Shown piece after piece: positions 20,655 to 29,327 of a DNA stretch of 64,000 nt. The notes beneath the pieces are model-generated. The model was not told the origin of the DNA. It did not search any database and was given only the letters and a program-made list of their open reading frames with translations. Source of the stretch: an uncultured delta proteobacterium. GTDB lineage: Bacteria > Myxococcota > Myxococcia > Myxococcales > Myxococcaceae. Both the position numbers and the translations under genes were made by a program. Where the stretch lies: contig CAVQKE010000001.1 of NCBI GenBank assembly GCA_963713045.1, positions 689,893-753,892 of the forward strand, in the 5' to 3' direction. The number at the start of each line of letters is the position of its first letter. Position 1 is the stretch's first letter.

Positions 20655-20747
20655 CTAGCTGCAGTTGCTGTAGACCGGGTCCAAAATCAGCAGGGCCAGC
20701 ACCAACGCCGGGTGATAGGCCATAAACTGTAGAATATTCCGCGCCAT
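20655..20747 (-). CDS. Putative 30-aa small hydrophobic protein
   Basis: MARNILQFMAYHPALVLALLILDPVYSNCS with GGAGGGG 6 nt upstream of the ATG, in an otherwise empty intergenic region. Confidence 0.45.
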   Translation of the reverse strand: MARNILQFMAYHPALVLALLILDPVYSNCS

Positions 20748-20832
20748 GTGGAACCCCTCCGGTGAAGTCCAACTTCCGACAGAGAACCACAAGTGTGTTC
20801 TGCACGCAAGGTGTAGCAGGGTGTTGGGGGCC

Positions 20833-21987
20833 TCAGGCCCGTCTGACCCCTTCCAGGAATTCAAGGCCTGCTGGTGTCGGCCCCACGACACAATTTCGGC
20901 CATGTCGTTTGGCCTCGTACAGGCGCGCGTCGGCTTGGGCGAGGACTTCGGTAAAGCTGTTGCCGTCCACGGGCAGGCTGCCCACGCCGGCGCTGACCGT
21001 CAGCCGGTGCAGCGTTCCGTCCACCGGGATGGCGACTTGGGCCAGCTTGACGCGGAGGTCTTCCACCCGCAGCACCGCCTGGGCGACATCCATCCCCGGG
21101 AAGGCGACGACAAACTCCTCGCCACCGAAGCGCGCCACCAAGTCCGTGGCCCGGACCGCAGTTCTCAGCCGTTCGGCCAAAAGCTGCAGCGCCCGGTCGC
21201 CCGCGAGGTGGCCGAAGGCGTCGTTGAATTTTTTGAATTCGTCGATGTCCAGCACCGCGAGGCTGAGGGCGCGCCGAGACGGCGAGCTCGCCGCCAGCTG
21301 TTCCTCGACCCGTTCCAGGAACGGGCGTCGCTGCGACAGTCCAGTCAATTCATCGGTGCCCACCATCAAACGCAGATGGCGTGCCCAACGGGCGACGGCA
21401 ATGGCGCTGGCTCCCGCGGAGGCCAGCACCACCAGCCTCATTGCATGGCGGATTGGAAGAAACACCTCCCGGGGCCCGACCACCTTGCTCAGGTCCCAAT
21501 GCGCGGCCACGTACCCGGTCAGGCCGAGAAACTCAACGCAGGCCAACACCACGGTGAAGGCGCACAGTCGCCAGTCGTAGCGAAGCGCTGAGCTGGCGAT
21601 GGCGACAAAGTACAATTCGAAGAGGACCCGGTTGTTCACCACGTTGAGGGGGCTGTTGGTGAGGATGAAAATGACCATCCCAGCGCTCGTCACGCTGACA
21701 TCCAGGGCACAGCTCACCCAAGGCATCCAAGGGTTGGTGCTTTTCGAGGCCCACCAATACAACAGCCCGGCGTAGAGAAACGCCGTCACGCTGAGGACCA
21801 ATTGCATCACCAGCGCTGGCCCCGACTCAAACTCGAGGGACGTCACCCCGACAAAGGCAACCACCAGCGCGATGCGCAGCGTGGCGACAATGCGCTCGGC
21901 GGACCTTCGCGCTCGCAGGAGCGATTGGTCCGTCTCTGCGGCGAGAAGTTCCTTGGCGCGGTCGACGCACCAGCGGACGAGGCGCAT
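20833..21987 (-). CDS. Membrane-bound diguanylate cyclase (GGDEF)
   Basis: Multiple N-terminal TM helices; DELTGL, DIDEFKKFNDAFGHLAGD, RATD (RxxD I-site), RFGGEEF, ADARLYEAK. Confidence 0.95.
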   Translation of the reverse strand: MRLVRWCVDRAKELLAAETDQSLLRARRSAERIVATLRIALVVAFVGVTSLEFESGPALVMQLVLSVTAFLYAGLLYWWASKSTNPWMPWVSCALDVSVTSAGMVIFILTNSPLNVVNNRVLFELYFVAIASSALRYDWRLCAFTVVLACVEFLGLTGYVAAHWDLSKVVGPREVFLPIRHAMRLVVLASAGASAIAVARWARHLRLMVGTDELTGLSQRRPFLERVEEQLAASSPSRRALSLAVLDIDEFKKFNDAFGHLAGDRALQLLAERLRTAVRATDLVARFGGEEFVVAFPGMDVAQAVLRVEDLRVKLAQVAIPVDGTLHRLTVSAGVGSLPVDGNSFTEVLAQADARLYEAKRHGRNCVVGPTPAGLEFLEGVRRA

Positions 21988-22207
21988 TTAAGTGACAGTC
22001 TGGAGGGGACGTCGACGCGCCGCCACGTAGGCGTGGGTGCGCACGGCTCTCACTTCACGTTTCAAGCACAGCGCATTCGACATTCATGATGGACTGAGGT
22101 CCACGTCCACCCCCAACGGACGTGACTGGCGCATTTTCCCATACCGACGGCGCAGTCGCGGTCGTCCCCGTCCGTCTGCAACGGCATTCGCCCATCCGCC
22201 ATTGCGC

Positions 22208-23164
22208 CTAGCTCCCGCCGAAGGCGTAAATAAGCTGCAACGTTGTGATGGTGTCTGTCTTGTATGAAAAGAGCGGCGGCGTCGGGCCCACCGGCGGCGG
22301 CACATTGTGGATGGGGGACAGCGACGGCGCTGAGTCATAGCGCAGGACAAACGTCACCCCGAGCGACAACGCATCCCAGACTTGGGTGGTGAGGCCCACC
22401 TTGGCGTTGATGCGGTTGTCATCGAAGGCGGGCACCATGTCCGTGTCTCCGTAGGGGGCATCCTCGGCGTTGAAGTTGGTGAGCCATTCCAGGCCGGCGT
22501 TGAATTGGCTCGTCTTGGTAATCTGCCAGACGTAGCTGGCCGCCAGTCGCAGCGAGGCGATGAAGTAGGTGCCCTGTCCGGGAAGCGTCTGGTAGGGGTC
22601 GACGAACGCAAAGTCAAAGCCGGCCTCCCCCTTCACAGTGTGCGCGCCCGTCTTGAGGAGGAGCGTGCTGGCGCCGAGTTGCGCATCCCCGGTCAGCTTC
22701 TTCCCGGCGGCATAGTCCGAGCCGAGGCCCACCGAGACGTAGACGCTGGTCTCCCACTGGGCGTTGTTGTGGATGAGAAACTGGTCAAAGCGCAGCCCCA
22801 AGTCCCACAGCCGGGCGGCCAACGCGTTGACCGTCTGCAGCTGGTTGAGGCTGGTCACCGTTTCGGTGGGGGCGGCAAAGGTGGTGGCCCGCGAAAAGGT
22901 GTAATCCCCAAGGAAGGTGTATTTCTGCCAGACGGCGTCGTAGCTGGCGTGCGCCGCGGCGGCGAAGCTGAGGGACTGGGAATTGCCAGTCAGGTACAGA
23001 AGGCCTGCCTTCACCTCGGCTTTCCAGCCCCCGGGTTTGGCGTCTTCCTTCGGCTTCTCGGTGGAGACGAATTTCGGGTCGTCGGCCCGGGCCACCGCCG
23101 AAGTAAAGACGAAGGCCAACGGGGCCAGCGCAAAAGCCCATGGCTGAAATGACGTGGCCCTCAC
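22208..23164 (-). CDS. Outer-membrane beta-barrel protein (DUF481-like)
   Basis: Signal peptide ending AVARA; W-x-AEVKAG..LTGNS start, amphipathic beta-strands, terminal DTITTLQLIYAF; GTGA overlap with the mscL stop. Confidence 0.75.
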   Translation of the reverse strand: MRATSFQPWAFALAPLAFVFTSAVARADDPKFVSTEKPKEDAKPGGWKAEVKAGLLYLTGNSQSLSFAAAAHASYDAVWQKYTFLGDYTFSRATTFAAPTETVTSLNQLQTVNALAARLWDLGLRFDQFLIHNNAQWETSVYVSVGLGSDYAAGKKLTGDAQLGASTLLLKTGAHTVKGEAGFDFAFVDPYQTLPGQGTYFIASLRLAASYVWQITKTSQFNAGLEWLTNFNAEDAPYGDTDMVPAFDDNRINAKVGLTTQVWDALSLGVTFVLRYDSAPSLSPIHNVPPPVGPTPPLFSYKTDTITTLQLIYAFGGS

Positions 23165-23559
23165 GCCGGCCCCGGCAGCACCGACGTACAGAATTTGCAG
23201 CGCCTAGCACCGATGGGAATGGCTTCCATGCACTCCGGGCACGTCTTGGTGGTGGGCTTGGCCTCTTCCTTCTTGACGAGGCTTCCCCGCAGTTTCACCA
23301 CCAGGATGAAGATGACGAAGGACACCAGGGCGAAGTCGAGGACTGCGCCCAGGAAGGGCCCCAGGCCCAGCTTCAACGGCGTCACCGTCAGCGTCCGCCA
23401 ATCCCCGCCGGGCGTCGCCGCGTTGATGAGCGGCATGAAGATTTGCTCGACCAGCGAATTCACAATCTTCGTGAACGCCGCACCGATGACCACCGCCACC
23501 GCCAAGTCCAGGACGTTGCCCTTGAGGGCAAAGTCCCTCCATTCCTTCCACATCCCCAT
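23161..23559 (-). CDS. mscL: Large-conductance mechanosensitive channel with C-terminal CxxC-CxxC tail
   Basis: FALKGNVLDLAVAVVIGAAFTKIVNSLV signature; tail TCPEC...RCKFC. Confidence 0.95.
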   Translation of the reverse strand: MGMWKEWRDFALKGNVLDLAVAVVIGAAFTKIVNSLVEQIFMPLINAATPGGDWRTLTVTPLKLGLGPFLGAVLDFALVSFVIFILVVKLRGSLVKKEEAKPTTKTCPECMEAIPIGARRCKFCTSVLPGPA

Positions 23560-23694
23560 AAGTGGCCCTCCCTCGCTCGGCGGTGCTGCAGCGCGTTGAG
23601 GCTAGGGCAAACCGGGGGGCACAACCAACCAAAAGAGAAGACGACGCAGCCACAACGGCCGGCCTTCCGCCAGGTGCTTTTCGGCAAGTCGCTG

Positions 23695-25104
23695 CTAGGC
23701 CGGCGCGGCCGCGAGTCCGGGGACGCTGACAGCGACGTCCTGGTGCACCCGCGCCGGCTGGTCGTCTTCGGCACTGTCCACCGCAGGGCTTGCCGGCGAC
23801 TTCAGCGGCGCCTCCGCCTCGGCTTGCAGTTCGACAACCGCTGGGACAGCGACAACGGCCTCGGCAGCGACTTCGACGCGCACCGGACGCTTGTACAAGT
23901 GCGCGCTGTGGTTACGCACCCATTGCAAAAGCTGCCCCGCCTCACCACCGCGGGCGTCCACCGCTCGCAGGCTCCACACCAGCGCACCGCCGTAGCCGCC
24001 GCAACGGGCGGTGTCGAGGACTGTCTTGATGCTTTTGCTGGCGGTCGCGGCCGGGAAGGCGCCCAGCACCAGCGGGCGGTCCAGCCGGAAGTCCGCCGCG
24101 GCCCGGCGCAGCACCGCATCGCCGTACGGCTCCCACCAGTGGGCCTGGTAGAAGTCCAACCCCAGCCCTTGCACCAGGGAGAGGTTGGCGGTGCTGGCCA
24201 AGCCCACCGTGGCCAGCGCCCGGGTGTGCGCGTGCACCGCCTGGACGACTGCCGCGAGAAAGGCGCGCATGGCGGCCGCGTCCACCAACGTCGGCGCCGG
24301 GGGCGAGCGGTCCAAAAGCCCCAGCGAACGCAAGCCAGCGCTCAACGTGCCCGTCAGTTGTCCCCAGCGCCAGGCGCGCCGCGGCCGTGCTGCACGCGGA
24401 CACTGCATGCCCAGCGTCGCACAGTCCGGCTCGTCAAAGACGTCCCAGCCGTCCACCGCCGGGTGGCTTCCATAGCGGCGCAACAGCGGCGCCACCACGA
24501 AGTCCATCAGGGCCTCGCGCTTGGTTGCCTCTGCCAACACGTCAGCGTGGCCGCCGCAGCGGACCCCGTCCTGCAGGCTGGGGGAGGCCACCAGCCCCGC
24601 GTCAAACAGGACCGGGAAAAGGCCCACCCGTTGCCGCTCGGCAGCGGCCAAAAGCACGTCCACGTCGGCAAACACCGCGCTGTCCAGCCCCTGCGGCGTG
24701 CCGTCGGCAGAGAAGCGAATGCCGGCACGTGCGTCACAGAAGAGAAAGACGCGCGCCTGCTCCACACCGTCGTGCCGAAGACGGCCGAAGGCCGCCTCCA
24801 GGTTGGCTGCCGCCTCGGGGTGTGCCGACAGCCCGCCCATCGGCGTCGCCGTGGAACAGCCGACGTCCAGGCCGTAGCGCATCCAGGGAAGGTTGGCGCC
24901 GAGGAGAAAGCGGTTGGGGCCAAAGCCCGGCGCCGAGTCCGCGTGGGGAGCCGGCAATTCCACGGCGTTGAAGGCGAGCCACGGGGCAGAGCGGACAGCG
25001 GCCCCTTCGTCGGGGAGGTCAGCGCTCGCTCCGCCGCTGCGTCCTGCATTGGTGGCGAGACGCGCCGTTCGCTTGCCAGGCCGCCAACGCAGTGGCTCAC
25101 CCAT
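23695..25104 (-). CDS. Clan GH-A (GH5-like) glycoside hydrolase fold protein with degenerate active site
   Basis: FLLGANLPW..YG.D, RVFLFCD, GWDVFDEP, LDFYQAH, PLVLGAFP, GYGGALVWS. Start uncertain. Confidence 0.75.
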   Translation of the reverse strand: MGEPLRWRPGKRTARLATNAGRSGGASADLPDEGAAVRSAPWLAFNAVELPAPHADSAPGFGPNRFLLGANLPWMRYGLDVGCSTATPMGGLSAHPEAAANLEAAFGRLRHDGVEQARVFLFCDARAGIRFSADGTPQGLDSAVFADVDVLLAAAERQRVGLFPVLFDAGLVASPSLQDGVRCGGHADVLAEATKREALMDFVVAPLLRRYGSHPAVDGWDVFDEPDCATLGMQCPRAARPRRAWRWGQLTGTLSAGLRSLGLLDRSPPAPTLVDAAAMRAFLAAVVQAVHAHTRALATVGLASTANLSLVQGLGLDFYQAHWWEPYGDAVLRRAAADFRLDRPLVLGAFPAATASKSIKTVLDTARCGGYGGALVWSLRAVDARGGEAGQLLQWVRNHSAHLYKRPVRVEVAAEAVVAVPAVVELQAEAEAPLKSPASPAVDSAEDDQPARVHQDVAVSVPGLAAAPA

Positions 25105-25273
25105 GTCGATTTCACCCACTCCCCGGGTCAGTCCGGACCGTCCGAGGCGGGGGATAGTCTCCGAATGGTTTTGGACAATCAACGTGAAAAATTCGACGGG
25201 CCGATGGCTGCCGGGGAGGGCTGCGCGGAGCGACCCAGGGCCCTTCGGGAAAGGGCTTCCGGCGGGCTGGCCC

Positions 25274-26350
25274 TTAGCGGGCCGCCCGGGCCGTCACCGG
25301 CGGGGCGGCCGGCAACAGCTCGCCTCCCATCGACGTCCCGGCCAGTGTGCCACACGCGGCCTGAATGTCCTTCCCGCCGGAATAGCGCCGGGCAATGGGC
25401 GCCCGCAGGACTTGAAGGAAATTGCGAAAGCGGGCGAGCTCCTCGGCCCCCGGCGGCTGGTAGCGGCCGGTGGGGTCCGTCACGTCGATGAGGTCCAGCT
25501 TGATGGGGATGTCGCGGAAGGCCACGGCGAGCGCTCCAGCGTCCTCTTGGCCGGTGTTGAAGCCAGCGATGAGGACGTAGGCCAGCATGGCGCGCTCGCG
25601 GCGTGCGCGGGCGTAGGCACCGATGGCCTCCACCAAAGACGGCAGGGAATGCGTGGCTTCAATCGGCATCACCTGCCGCCGCTTCTCGGCGATGGCCGAG
25701 GTGAGGGAAAACACCAGCCGGTAGGGGTGGCCTTCGCGCAGGTAGCGGTGGATGGCCGGCACCACCCCGGCGGTGGACAGCGTGATGGCGCGCGCCGAAA
25801 TGGCCAGGCCGGCCGGGTGGCTGAGAATTCTCGCCGCGCGCAGCACCTCCGTCGGGTTGAGCAGCGGCTCGCCCATCCCCATGAAGACGACGCCGCGGAC
25901 CGGGCGGTCCGCTTCGGCCCGGATGCGCAGCACCTGGTCCACCATTTCCCAGGTCTCGAGGTTGCGCCCGAAGCCCAGCTTCCCGGTGGCGCAGAAGGTG
26001 CAGCCCAAGGCGCAGCCCAGCTGGCTTGAAACGCACACCACATACTTCTCCTCGAAGAGGGGAATGCGGACCGCCTCGAAGCGCCCGCCCAGAGGAGAGG
26101 CAAACAGGTACTTCACGAAGCCGTCCGCCGCGCGCCGCCGCTCCAGCACCCCCAGCTGAGACAGCCGGCCGTGTGACGAAACGTAATCCCGCACCCGCGC
26201 CGGCACTTGCGGCACCGCGCGAAGCGCGCCCATCTCGTCGGCGCCGTGGGCAAACACCGCAGCAAACAGTTTGCGGACGGCGGTGGGCGAGGGCCCGAGC
26301 GGGGCCAGCTGCGCCTGCCATTCTTCGAGGGCCAGGCTTTTGAGATTCAC
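25274..26350 (-). CDS. RlmN/Cfr-family class A radical SAM methyltransferase (divergent)
   Basis: CVSSQLGCALGCTFCATG, FMGMGEP, TLSTAG, DIQAACG. Confidence 0.9.
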   Translation of the reverse strand: MNLKSLALEEWQAQLAPLGPSPTAVRKLFAAVFAHGADEMGALRAVPQVPARVRDYVSSHGRLSQLGVLERRRAADGFVKYLFASPLGGRFEAVRIPLFEEKYVVCVSSQLGCALGCTFCATGKLGFGRNLETWEMVDQVLRIRAEADRPVRGVVFMGMGEPLLNPTEVLRAARILSHPAGLAISARAITLSTAGVVPAIHRYLREGHPYRLVFSLTSAIAEKRRQVMPIEATHSLPSLVEAIGAYARARRERAMLAYVLIAGFNTGQEDAGALAVAFRDIPIKLDLIDVTDPTGRYQPPGAEELARFRNFLQVLRAPIARRYSGGKDIQAACGTLAGTSMGGELLPAAPPVTARAAR

Positions 26351-26583
26351 TTCTGGGGCAGCTTGCTGCGCAGAAACGCCTTCAGCTTGCCGGCCAACTC
26401 TCTCGGCATCTCATCCACCATGGCGCGCCGCGCGAGCTGAGGCGTCGCCTTGTAGCTCTGCAAAAAGTCCACGCACGGCGGGCAGTTTCGCAAGTGCTCC
26501 CGCAACTCCGCAGCCTGCGCCTCGGAGAGTTCGCCGTCGACGTACTCAAGCAGCTGGTGGATGGAGTCCTTGCAGGTGAACAT
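26347..26583 (-). CDS. Zinc-finger (ZAS/zf-HC2) anti-sigma factor
   Basis: C...LLEYVDGELS...HLRNCPPC (HxxxCxxC); directly downstream of an ECF sigma gene. Confidence 0.9.
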   Translation of the reverse strand: MFTCKDSIHQLLEYVDGELSEAQAAELREHLRNCPPCVDFLQSYKATPQLARRAMVDEMPRELAGKLKAFLRSKLPQK

Positions 26584-26628
26584 GAATGACTGCCAACCCC
26601 CTAATGATGCTGGCCAGAGGCTTCGGTT

Positions 26629-27225
26629 TCACACTTCTTTGTAAAAGGCGTCGATTTCTTCGCGCAGGGCCAGTCGGGCTCGGTGCAGGCGACTCTTCAC
26701 CGCCGGGACCGAAATTCCCATCATTTCAGCGATTTCCTCGTAGGACAGCCCCTCCACGTCCTTGAGGAGGAAGACTTCGCGGTAGCCCTCGGGCAGCGCG
26801 TCGGTGCCCTGGCGAATCGCGCGCCCCAACTCCTCGTCCAGCACCTTGTCGTCGGCCCCGCGGCCCCAGTCCACGTCCGGCACTTCGGCCAGGCTGCCCC
26901 GTTCGGTGAACTCCGGGGAGCGCATCTCCTCCGTCGCCGCCTCCACCACCCGCTGGTGGCGCAGTCGCATCAGTGCGTGGTTGGCCGCAATGCGGTGCAC
27001 CCACGAGCCAAACGCCGACTCACCGCGAAAATTCTTTAGGTTCTGGTAGGCAGCGAGGAAGGTGTCCTGCACCACCTCGGCGGCGTCGGCCTCGGAGCGC
27101 GTCATCCTCAGCGCCAACCCGTAGAGCCGGTCCTTGTGCCGTTCCACCAGCGCCTCGAAGGCGTCGATGTCTCCGCTTTGGGCGCGCTCCAGCAAGGCAC
27201 GGTCTTCCAACGCGGCATCGGACAT
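26629..27225 (-). CDS. ECF RNA polymerase sigma factor
   Basis: AFEALV, DAAEVVQDTF, FGSWVHRIAAN (region 2); LPEGYREVFLL, LSYEEIAE, VKSRLHRAR (region 4). Confidence 0.95.
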   Translation of the reverse strand: MSDAALEDRALLERAQSGDIDAFEALVERHKDRLYGLALRMTRSEADAAEVVQDTFLAAYQNLKNFRGESAFGSWVHRIAANHALMRLRHQRVVEAATEEMRSPEFTERGSLAEVPDVDWGRGADDKVLDEELGRAIRQGTDALPEGYREVFLLKDVEGLSYEEIAEMMGISVPAVKSRLHRARLALREEIDAFYKEV

Positions 27226-27284
27226 GGCGGGGCCGCGCAGGGTTCCAGCGCTTGGCTCCGTCGTCAAGGGCGCCCGGCGCTCAC

Positions 27285-28457
27285 TCATAGCGGCGGCACC
27301 TCAGACACAAACGTCGGCGCACCCTTCAGCAGCTGCACCACCACCGCCGGCTTCACCGCGTTGCGGTCCGCACCCAACGTGATGCGGCCGGTGACGCCCT
27401 CAAAATCACGCGTGGCGGCAATCGCCGCGCGCAACCTCGCACCCCCCACTCCGGATGACGTGCGAAGCGCGGTGATGCCCACCCGGGCCGCGTCATAGCC
27501 CAGCGCGCCGAGCGCGTCGGGCAGATGTCCAAAGCGCCGCTGGTACTGCTGGAGAAAGCGCTGCACCAGGGCGGAGGGGTTGTCCGGGCTGAAGTGCGTG
27601 GAATAGTAGGCCCCCTCAATGGCAGCTCCGCCGAGCTCGGCCAGCTTGCCGCCCGACTCCCAGCCGTCGCCGCCCAAGAGGACTGCCTTTATGCCGAGCT
27701 CCCGCGCCTGCCGAGCGATGGGCCCCGCGTCGCTGTAGTAGCCGGGGATGAAGATGCCGTCGGGATGGCTGGCCTTCACCCGCGTCAGCGCCGAGCGAAA
27801 GTCGCTGTCGCCCTTGGAATAACTCTCCGCAGCCACCACCGTGCCTCCCAGCTCGGCGAAGCGCCGGCGAAAGACGTCGGTCAGTCCGACGGAGTAGTCG
27901 CTCTTCACGTCGGTCAAAAGGGCGATGCGCAAAAGTTTCAGCCGGGCGCGCGCAAAGGACGCCATGGCTTGTCCCTGAAAGCCGTCGACGAAGCACACCC
28001 GGAAGACGTAGGGACCGCCGGCACTGGTCACCTTGGGGTTGGTGGCAGAGGGGGAAATGAGGGGCACCTCGGCGCGGGCCACAGCCGGCGCCATGGCCAG
28101 GGTGTTGCTGGAAGCATTTTCGCCAATCACGAAGGCGACGCGGTCTTCCAGGACGAGGCGCAGCGCGGCGGAGGCGGCCTCCTCGGGCTTGCTCTGCGCG
28201 TCATAGGCCCGCAGCACCAGTGGATGGCCCGCCACCCCGCCGGTCCGGTTGGCCTCCTCAATGGCCAACGTCACCCCGTCGCGGGTCCCCAGGCCGAAGT
28301 GCGCCTCGGGCCCAGTCAAAGACCCCACCAGGCCGATGAGGAGGGCGGTGGGCGGCGACCCCGGCGCAGCATCCGCCGCCGCCACGGGTGAAGCGGTGCG
28401 CTGGCAAGCAGCCAGCAGGGACGCAGCTGCCAACACCCTCAAGCCCAAGCGCCCCAT
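27285..28457 (-). CDS. Branched-chain amino acid-type ABC substrate-binding lipoprotein (LivK/LivJ-like)
   Basis: Lipobox LAAC; SLTG, ISPSATNP, YVFRVCFVD, DFRSALT, LGGDGW, FEGVTG. No permease gene adjacent. Confidence 0.9.
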   Translation of the reverse strand: MGRLGLRVLAAASLLAACQRTASPVAAADAAPGSPPTALLIGLVGSLTGPEAHFGLGTRDGVTLAIEEANRTGGVAGHPLVLRAYDAQSKPEEAASAALRLVLEDRVAFVIGENASSNTLAMAPAVARAEVPLISPSATNPKVTSAGGPYVFRVCFVDGFQGQAMASFARARLKLLRIALLTDVKSDYSVGLTDVFRRRFAELGGTVVAAESYSKGDSDFRSALTRVKASHPDGIFIPGYYSDAGPIARQARELGIKAVLLGGDGWESGGKLAELGGAAIEGAYYSTHFSPDNPSALVQRFLQQYQRRFGHLPDALGALGYDAARVGITALRTSSGVGGARLRAAIAATRDFEGVTGRITLGADRNAVKPAVVVQLLKGAPTFVSEVPPL

Positions 28458-28659
28458 GCCAGGCCCCCCTCTACCGCACCGCTGCGACGGGTGCACATCC
28501 ACCCCCCCCCAAGGCGCCACCGGCACAGCTTGAGGGGGGGGCGGCCCTCTGCGCAGCGGGACGCCGCGTGGGGGGCAGCAGCCAACAGGCTGGGCCGGCC
28601 ATTTGGGCAGCTTGGCCGAGCAGTGGGCGCGCCCGGGGGGGGGGACGGCCGGGGGGGGG

Positions 28660-29271
28660 TTAGCCGGGCGACAGGGGACGCACGACGCGGCTGACGCCGG
28701 GCGAACCTTCCACCCAAAAGCGGTAGGGCCGGCTCGCCCACACCCCGGCGTAGTCAACGCCCACCCGCGGGCCGCGACGCACGCTGCGCCGCGGCGGGGG
28801 CGGCCCGGCGCGAATGGACAGCCCGGAAGCCTTGGTGAGGTCCACCTTGTTTTCGGCGCCGGAAATGCACAGCGCCCGCGTCAGTCGCCCCGGCCCGTCC
28901 GTCCGCAGGCCGGTTGGAATGCCCAAGGTGGCCTCCACGCCGCGCACCAGCACCGCCGAGGCCACCCCCTCCGCCGCGGTGACGACGTTGAAGCACCAGT
29001 GCATGCCGTAGACGAAGTAGACGTAGGCATGGCCCGGCGGCCCGAAGATGACTTCCGTGCGCGGCGTGCGTCCGTGGCAGGCATGGCAGGCGAGGTCGTG
29101 CTCACCGACATAGGCCTCAGTCTCCACAATCCGTCCGGCGCGCGTTGTTTTGCCGCAGCGGTGCACCAGAAATTGGCCCAGCAACGCCCGCGCAACCTTC
29201 AACGCCGGCCAGTCGTAGAAGGAGCGCGGCAACACCGGGCCCAACGTTGCTGTGCCCGCAGGCGCCCTCAC
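28660..29271 (-). CDS. mpg: DNA-3-methyladenine glycosylase (MPG/AAG family)
   Basis: GRIVETEAY, GHAYVYFVYGMH, AVLVRG, GPGRL, PRVGV. Confidence 0.92.
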   Translation of the reverse strand: MRAPAGTATLGPVLPRSFYDWPALKVARALLGQFLVHRCGKTTRAGRIVETEAYVGEHDLACHACHGRTPRTEVIFGPPGHAYVYFVYGMHWCFNVVTAAEGVASAVLVRGVEATLGIPTGLRTDGPGRLTRALCISGAENKVDLTKASGLSIRAGPPPPRRSVRRGPRVGVDYAGVWASRPYRFWVEGSPGVSRVVRPLSPG

Positions 29272-29327
29272 CGTCCTTCAAGCAATGGCCCAAGCGCCAC
29301 CTTTCTGTCCAGCCTTCCGGGCATAGG

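Noticed and set aside
16329..20747. Lasso peptide cluster (transglutaminase-like B2 plus small peptide)
   Set aside because: No lasso cyclase or RRE gene is present, and the peptide lacks a YxxPxL leader and the Thr(-2)/Gly core.
20833..21987. Hypr-type cGAMP-producing GGDEF
   Set aside because: The specificity position reads GHLAGD (Asp), as in canonical c-di-GMP cyclases, not Ser/Thr.
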